Shown: positions 58,586 through 64,000 of the stretch, one piece after another
How positions within the stretch are numbered: the first letter of the stretch is position 1
How the letters are laid out: the number at the start of each line of letters is the position of its first letter
DNA from: an uncultured virus (IMG/VR IMGVR_UViG_3300037245_001434)
Taxonomy: Duplodnaviria; Heunggongvirae; Uroviricota; Caudoviricetes
IMG/VR virus record: IMGVR_UViG_3300037245_001434
DNA: 64,000 nucleotides
Direction: 5' to 3' (one strand)
Program-made: the position numbers and the translations under genes
The notes under the pieces: model-generated
The model's input: the letters and a program-made list of their open reading frames with translations, nothing else
Told to the model about the DNA's origin: nothing
Databases searched by the model: none

Positions 58586-60055
58586 TTAGCTAGAAATACG
58601 CGCTCTAATAGCCGCTAAAGTTTCATCAACTTTCAGCTCACCATTTAGGAAGATGGTTTGCATCAAACATGGCTCAGTATGGTTTAGAGCCAATCGATCC
58701 TTGCATACCAGCTCACCATCAACCATCTGCACGGCGACACAACCAGTATTTGATTTCTTCGTTCCATCATCCGTTTTAGGGTCTTTGAAGATCATCTTCT
58801 CTTCACCGTCAATGACCACCATTGTTGACTTCATGGCAAAGCCAAACGTATCTCTGGTGTTGTATTGGTAGGTGTATGAGCCAATACCAAAAACCACATT
58901 GGTAGATGCAAACCCTTTCTCAGCCAGGATATAGCAAATAGCCTCGCATCGCTCTGGCGTAATAGAATCGCCATAGATCGCCCCAATATGTGAATCAAGC
59001 TCAATATAGCCCTGTGCGTTCTTCTCACCACCAAAGATATCGTAAAGACACTCAACCACGCCTTTGTATTCTTGCGAACCCTCTTCCGCTGTTAAGTCAC
59101 CACAAATGATATCTACAGGGTCGCCACTATCAGGCCGAATAACGACCTTGCCATCTCTGGCCATAATTTCAGGCTTTAGCGGCTTGATGATAGTTTCTAA
59201 GCAGCCGAACAGATCCCACGTATCGGAAACAATGCTAATAATGCCTGTAGGGTAGACCTCAGAAATTAACCGGCGATAGGTTTCAAATTCATTATCAGCG
59301 CCACCGGCACACATTACAGAGTGCTCTGTAGCGTTAACTGATGTACCAACCAACTCCTTCTCAATATCAGCGTTATAGTACCGCTCAAGGTAAGCAATAG
59401 CAGGAACGGTATCAGTGCCAACAAACGAAAGAAGATGCCCTGCACCAGATAGCATTGCAGCGTCAATGCCTGCCATCCCCCTCATACTGAAGTCATGACC
59501 CTGGAATGGCACGAAGTCAGTCGAACCTGCCGTTTTTAGTGCGTACTCATCAAGGATAGACCGATAAGAAAGTGCAATCGTCGCCGCTGTTGAAGTTAGC
59601 CACATCTCAGTAGAGGCTAAAGTTTCAATGTAGTTAGTTAGCCAAAAGAATCGGCTATCAACGTTATGCACTGTTAGCATTGGCACCCGCATAGGAACAA
59701 GCGTGCCTTCTGGCAAAGCTTTAATGTGCAACGGCATATATCCAAGCTCATGCAGCTCTTCAATATGCTTGGTTTCTGGATTCTCGATAAACAGCGTGTA
59801 TTTGATGTATCGCGCATATTCGGCAACAACATCATCAATCGGGCGAGAGAAGAAGTTTTCATTGAAGTAATCGATGAGTATCTTCTTAATCATCCCTTGT
59901 GCGCCAAAAGCTACAACTGATTCAGCTCTTGGGAAATATTTGTTAGAACGAGGTGTCCACGTTGAATAGACGACCTCTGTTTTATCTGGGTACTGTGCGC
60001 GGTGTGATATTTTGTAGAAATCACAAAGTAATGTTGCTGGTGTTGTATGTCTCAT
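58586..60055 (-). CDS. nicotinamide phosphoribosyltransferase-like protein (Namat candidate)
   Basis: CDFYKISH, HDFSMRG, ATEHSVM, SIVSDTWD, VIRPDSGDP and KDPKTDDGTKKS motifs. Confidence 0.92.
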   Translation of the reverse strand: MRHTTPATLLCDFYKISHRAQYPDKTEVVYSTWTPRSNKYFPRAESVVAFGAQGMIKKILIDYFNENFFSRPIDDVVAEYARYIKYTLFIENPETKHIEELHELGYMPLHIKALPEGTLVPMRVPMLTVHNVDSRFFWLTNYIETLASTEMWLTSTAATIALSYRSILDEYALKTAGSTDFVPFQGHDFSMRGMAGIDAAMLSGAGHLLSFVGTDTVPAIAYLERYYNADIEKELVGTSVNATEHSVMCAGGADNEFETYRRLISEVYPTGIISIVSDTWDLFGCLETIIKPLKPEIMARDGKVVIRPDSGDPVDIICGDLTAEEGSQEYKGVVECLYDIFGGEKNAQGYIELDSHIGAIYGDSITPERCEAICYILAEKGFASTNVVFGIGSYTYQYNTRDTFGFAMKSTMVVIDGEEKMIFKDPKTDDGTKKSNTGCVAVQMVDGELVCKDRLALNHTEPCLMQTIFLNGELKVDETLAAIRARISS

Positions 60056-60066
60056 GCTATCTCTCC

Positions 60067-60825
60067 CTAAATTAGCTTGATTTTCTGACTTGTCGCAGAA
60101 AGTAAGTTGTCTTTTGATGTGTAAAGCCCGTCTATATGGTCGAATAATTCTCCTGTGAACACGTTATTTTCTAAATGCGCCACTAACAAAAATACTTCTT
60201 TAGCGCCCTTAGCTCTTAATTCCTTGGCGGCCCCTATAAAGGTGCCACCTCTACTGCATAGGTCATCAACGATTAGTACACGCTCACCTACATCACCTAA
60301 GATGCTGTATGACTGAATATCGCCGCTCTCGAAGTCACGATGCTTATGCCCGACTGCATACTTTAATGGTGATAGGTATCTCTTTTGTGCCCCCGCATCA
60401 GGGAAAAGTAGCGAGTCTGCGAGAATGTCGCGACCCACAGATCCAATCTTTTGCTGACACCACTCAATAGCTTTGCACTTATCTAGTAGCGGCTGAGAAA
60501 CATCAGAATGCGGTTCAATTATGGTGACGCTATCGAACTCCAGGTTGTTAATAAGGTCAGCAGAAACTTTGAGGCCCATGCAATAATGATCGTTTACTCT
60601 ATCCATTCTTGAGTGAGGCATATACCGAATAGTAAGATCGTTTATCGACTTATCAATCCTATTTAATTCGTGCTTCAGCATAGCTAACTGAAAAAACTCT
60701 TCATCTCCCTCATAGACCCACTCGACAACATTGCGCTGCTGCATGCCGATAGCACTAATAGGCAAATAGGACTCATTATTTGGGAACTTACCAAACTCAA
60801 TATCATTACAATTTAGCTTTATCAT
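60067..60825 (-). CDS. ribose-phosphate pyrophosphokinase-like protein (Adps candidate)
   Basis: FPNNE, YMPHSRMDR, FPDAGAQKRY and IVDDLCSRGGTF motifs. Confidence 0.9.
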   Translation of the reverse strand: MIKLNCNDIEFGKFPNNESYLPISAIGMQQRNVVEWVYEGDEEFFQLAMLKHELNRIDKSINDLTIRYMPHSRMDRVNDHYCMGLKVSADLINNLEFDSVTIIEPHSDVSQPLLDKCKAIEWCQQKIGSVGRDILADSLLFPDAGAQKRYLSPLKYAVGHKHRDFESGDIQSYSILGDVGERVLIVDDLCSRGGTFIGAAKELRAKGAKEVFLLVAHLENNVFTGELFDHIDGLYTSKDNLLSATSQKIKLI

Positions 60826-60958
60826 TAACCCTCTCCATCCCTACAGTTTAGTAGGCTGATACATTACAGCCTGCCCATTGATATCTCTAGCGCCCTCTAA
60901 TCCTGCGCCTACGGTCTTTCCTTTGCATGTAGCACACATGACTCCATCTTCTGGTATT

Positions 60959-61756
60959 TCAGCGTACATACGGCCTTTGTGTATGAAGATTGCCGTTACA
61001 TTTAACACTGGCACAGTGAGTATCAGCTAGGTAATCTAGAAACTCCTCTATTCCATCGTCAATACCAGCATTGAACTCAAACTCAAAGCGGCTGATATCA
61101 GCCTTTAGCGCACTAGAAACATAGTCATACATCTGCTGGATATTGCTTCCAGTCGTGTAAACATAAACAACTTCGCCGCCCATTTGCTTGAACTCTAACA
61201 ATATTGAGTCAAGCTCATCTTCTGAATGCTCCGACAGATTTACGATGTATGAATATTTTTTATCCACTGTGCGTAAGTAGTCTTTTGCACGGCTTTCTAG
61301 TTTTGGATCATTTTCTAAGTTTATATACTTAGTGCCTGTCTTTATTTTGTAGCTGCTTTCTTTAACATAGGGTGATGAATGAACTATTGAATGACAATTA
61401 GAATCAAAGAAGCAAAAGCCACCAACATCGTTTACAAGCATTGTTTTCCCATCAAAAATATAGCTAAGCATCTGTATGGATTTTTTCTGCGCATGCTCTG
61501 CCATACAGATTAGTGGGTTCTTTCCCTGTATTTTGGCCTGTACAACCCCCGCACCTAGCAATGACCCAGATAAGTTATCTAGGCACATATGGTCTATCCT
61601 TTCAGGATGAATGCCAGACTTCATTACGCTAGATATCTTTCTTTCAACCAAGATGTTCATCATTGCCGTATATTCAAGCACATCAGCAGAACCCTCTAAC
61701 ATGATGTACTTCAAATTCTCGTCGAAGCCTACACTGTTTATAATCACGCTCTTCAT
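60959..61756 (-). CDS. hypothetical protein
   Basis: 265-aa ORF within the operon. Confidence 0.6.
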   Translation of the reverse strand: MKSVIINSVGFDENLKYIMLEGSADVLEYTAMMNILVERKISSVMKSGIHPERIDHMCLDNLSGSLLGAGVVQAKIQGKNPLICMAEHAQKKSIQMLSYIFDGKTMLVNDVGGFCFFDSNCHSIVHSSPYVKESSYKIKTGTKYINLENDPKLESRAKDYLRTVDKKYSYIVNLSEHSEDELDSILLEFKQMGGEVVYVYTTGSNIQQMYDYVSSALKADISRFEFEFNAGIDDGIEEFLDYLADTHCASVKCNGNLHTQRPYVR

Positions 61757-61816
61757 TTCCTATCTCCAGTATTTTAAACACACCCAGCCCTCTTTCTTCT
61801 ATGCAATAACTCTAGG

Positions 61817-62452
61817 CTACAACTCGATAAACGATAGCTTGCCACTACGGAAGGCGAGCGTATCAATAAAATGTACGTTACCTATATTCATAGGTTCATC
61901 AACCTGCGTGTGGCCATGAATCGTCATCGTAACGCCGCTTACATCATCCATAGATATATCTTCAATCCAATGCCTTGCCCATATCATGACCTCTTTTGAC
62001 CGATCATCAGGGTCTATTGTGTCGTTCCAGTCCAGGCTTGGCGGTTGAGCATGGCAAATCCCGGCTGATCCTTTGTCAGTTTGCACTGTCATGGAGTACG
62101 GTAGTTTATTAACCACTTCTGCATACGACATCAGAACGATGTCATTTGCTTCATTCGCCCACAGCCCACCATTCATCATCCACATATAAGAATCTTCACC
62201 CTCCAGTAAGACCTTAACCATCATGTCTTCATGATTTCCTCTCACAGCATGGAACCAAGGCTCTGTAATAAGCATCAAGCACTCCATGCTTTTTGGGCCT
62301 CTGTCGATCAGGTCGCCAACAGAGAATATCCTATCCACTCTCTTGTCGAAATTGACCTTTACCAGTACTTCATTAAACAGATCCAGGCATCCATGTAGGT
62401 CACCTATCACGAAGTCACGACCCTGTTTATTCTGCTCATACTCTTTGTGCAT
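61817..62452 (-). CDS. serine/threonine protein phosphatase (NinI/PrpA-like metallophosphoesterase)
   Basis: GDLHG, SVGDLIDRGP, RGNHE and HGHT motifs. Confidence 0.92.
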   Translation of the reverse strand: MHKEYEQNKQGRDFVIGDLHGCLDLFNEVLVKVNFDKRVDRIFSVGDLIDRGPKSMECLMLITEPWFHAVRGNHEDMMVKVLLEGEDSYMWMMNGGLWANEANDIVLMSYAEVVNKLPYSMTVQTDKGSAGICHAQPPSLDWNDTIDPDDRSKEVMIWARHWIEDISMDDVSGVTMTIHGHTQVDEPMNIGNVHFIDTLAFRSGKLSFIEL

Positions 62453-62501
62453 ATCTATTCCCCAGCGTCTAAAACATAGTTGTCAATTAAGATGCCTTCA
62501 T

Positions 62502-63077
62502 TTACTTTGGCATCAAGTTGGCGCGTGACATAACTATCATCGCCTCTGGTTTAAACCATTCACCGCTTACGCTGTATTTCCTAAGCCGCTCATGGAATGC
62601 TTTCTCCATGCATAAGGCATGGGCGTCATTATCGGCATTTATTCTAGCTAGAATGGTAAGGCTGTACGGTGATGCTGTTTGCAGAGCCTTTACTCGTTTA
62701 TCAACATCCCTAGCCTTGCCTATCTTAATAAAGTTGCCGCCTCCTTGCTGTTGAATTATGTATACATAACATCCGCCGCACTCTACTTTTTTAGTCTGTC
62801 TTGATGCAATAACGCCAGTAAGCTTCATATGCTCATATATGATTCTTTTGGCAACCTCCTTTGTCATCTCCCTTGGCTGCTTATCACCTCTTGATTCAAC
62901 TATCTTTGACGCTAAAACAATAGAAGGCAACCGCTTACGGTCAAGCCCCATTACCTTTTGCAGTCTGCAGACATGAGCCGCCTTGAATGCTCCTCTAAGT
63001 CTCTTTCTCTTTATCATCTCCAGCCCTCTCAGATCTACTTTAAAGTCAGTTACTCCACTTTCCCCTGTAGAATCCAT
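62502..63077 (-). CDS. GIY-YIG (T5orf172-like) domain protein
   Basis: YVYII..IKIGKA..RVKALQTASP..EKAFH..GEWF. Confidence 0.8.
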   Translation of the reverse strand: MDSTGESGVTDFKVDLRGLEMIKRKRLRGAFKAAHVCRLQKVMGLDRKRLPSIVLASKIVESRGDKQPREMTKEVAKRIIYEHMKLTGVIASRQTKKVECGGCYVYIIQQQGGGNFIKIGKARDVDKRVKALQTASPYSLTILARINADNDAHALCMEKAFHERLRKYSVSGEWFKPEAMIVMSRANLMPK

Positions 63078-63079
63078 GC

Positions 63080-63558
63080 ACTACAGCTCAACCGTAATTG
63101 AGTAAAGGTACTAGCTAATCCCCTTTCTGTTTCCAGAATAACCAACACCATGTTAGTTAGCGTCATCACCCGCTAAGGCTCTACAGGCTAGGTTGCAAGT
63201 GGTCAGCATTGCCTAGATTGATTTGTTAGCTTCTTTAATTCCTGGCCTGCGAAGATCGACAGCACTGCTAACGAGAGGAGTCCGATCGATGTGATAAATT
63301 AGCTTAGGTCTGGCAGCGATGCGACCTTGAAACTTGGACTCACTGCATTAGCGGCTTCAAGGGCAACTAAATTAAGCCAAGGCGTACTCTTCAGTACATT
63401 ACACCACTGCCAGAATTAAACTAACTCATCGAGGGATTGAAACAGTTGAACATAAAGAGGGATTGAGCTATGATTCGGTTGTGGCTCGGTGCCACTGTTG
63501 GATCGATATCCGTCAAGCATTCTATCTGTTCAACATGGGTTCCAGCCCACGCCGATGA
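63080..63558. ncRNA. candidate structured non-coding RNA
   Basis: Long ORF-poor stretch with nested complementary pairs (63309-16/63407-14, 63325-31/63356-62, 63445-52/63527-34, 63426-31/63553-58). Confidence 0.4.
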
Positions 63559-63629
63559 TTCATTTTACATCTCCTTAGCTTTAAATTGCAAGCCCCTTCG
63601 CTCCATCGTCGGGGCTTTCTTTTTGGGTG

Positions 63630-63830
63630 TTATATCTCATCAACCCATGGTAATTCCCACGATCTACAGTCACTCAAAAAATGTGGTGGCCTTGTTTTTT
63701 GTGTTCTGTAGAAATCTAGAAACGCTTCTTTCAAGGAATCGCCAAACCCAGCATGGTCTGTTGCTAGGCATTTGAAATGCGCATCCGTAGCGCATACTTG
63801 GTTTCCGTCAATCGAATAATTTAAAGCCAT
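63630..63830 (-). CDS. hypothetical protein
   Basis: AGGAGAG RBS; DGNQVCA..AGFGDS. Confidence 0.6.
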   Translation of the reverse strand: MALNYSIDGNQVCATDAHFKCLATDHAGFGDSLKEAFLDFYRTQKTRPPHFLSDCRSWELPWVDEI

Positions 63831-64000
63831 TTCTCTCTCCTAATCTTGAATCATCATTCACTTGGTGGGGCTTTGTTTTTGGGTGCTAATCTTTCAGTTT
63901 ATTAATTGTTTCAGCCAGGCCATAGGCAAGAGAAACAGCTTTATGCCTAACATGTCGCTCAACCTCTCGACCAAACATCATTAGGTATCTCTCGGCATGC

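Noticed and set aside
1..64000. Prophage integrase, att sites or host flanks
   Set aside because: No integrase or host gene block seen; rdgC, acpP and rtcB are embedded among phage genes; lifestyle cannot be determined

Overview
The window is most or all of a contractile-tailed (myovirus-type) phage genome, probably of a marine gammaproteobacterium (host is inferred). It contains a head-neck-tail-baseplate-lysis operon (0.85-18.8 kb), an early/replication/recombination region (19.4-40.6 kb), an accessory structural block followed by terS-endonuclease-terL-portal-minor head (40.6-50.3 kb), and a leftward accessory/anti-defence region (50.3-64 kb) with 7 tRNAs, RtcB, an RlaP-like nucleotidyltransferase, an HD hydrolase, a Nampt/Prs (NARP1-like) pair and a phosphatase. 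Two features stand out. (1) The tRNA array lies behind a classical-looking ribosome-dependent attenuator whose 21-codon leader peptide contains codons read by every one of the seven downstream tRNAs, suggesting a tRNA-depletion sensor that switches on replacement tRNAs. (2) The early region is bracketed by two mirror-image integron-like cassette arrays (11 + 3 attC sites), each starting at one copy of a 79-bp inverted attI-like repeat. Most cassette genes run antisense to the canonical cassette direction, and no integrase is present in the window. All family assignments are from motif recognition only; no searches were run.
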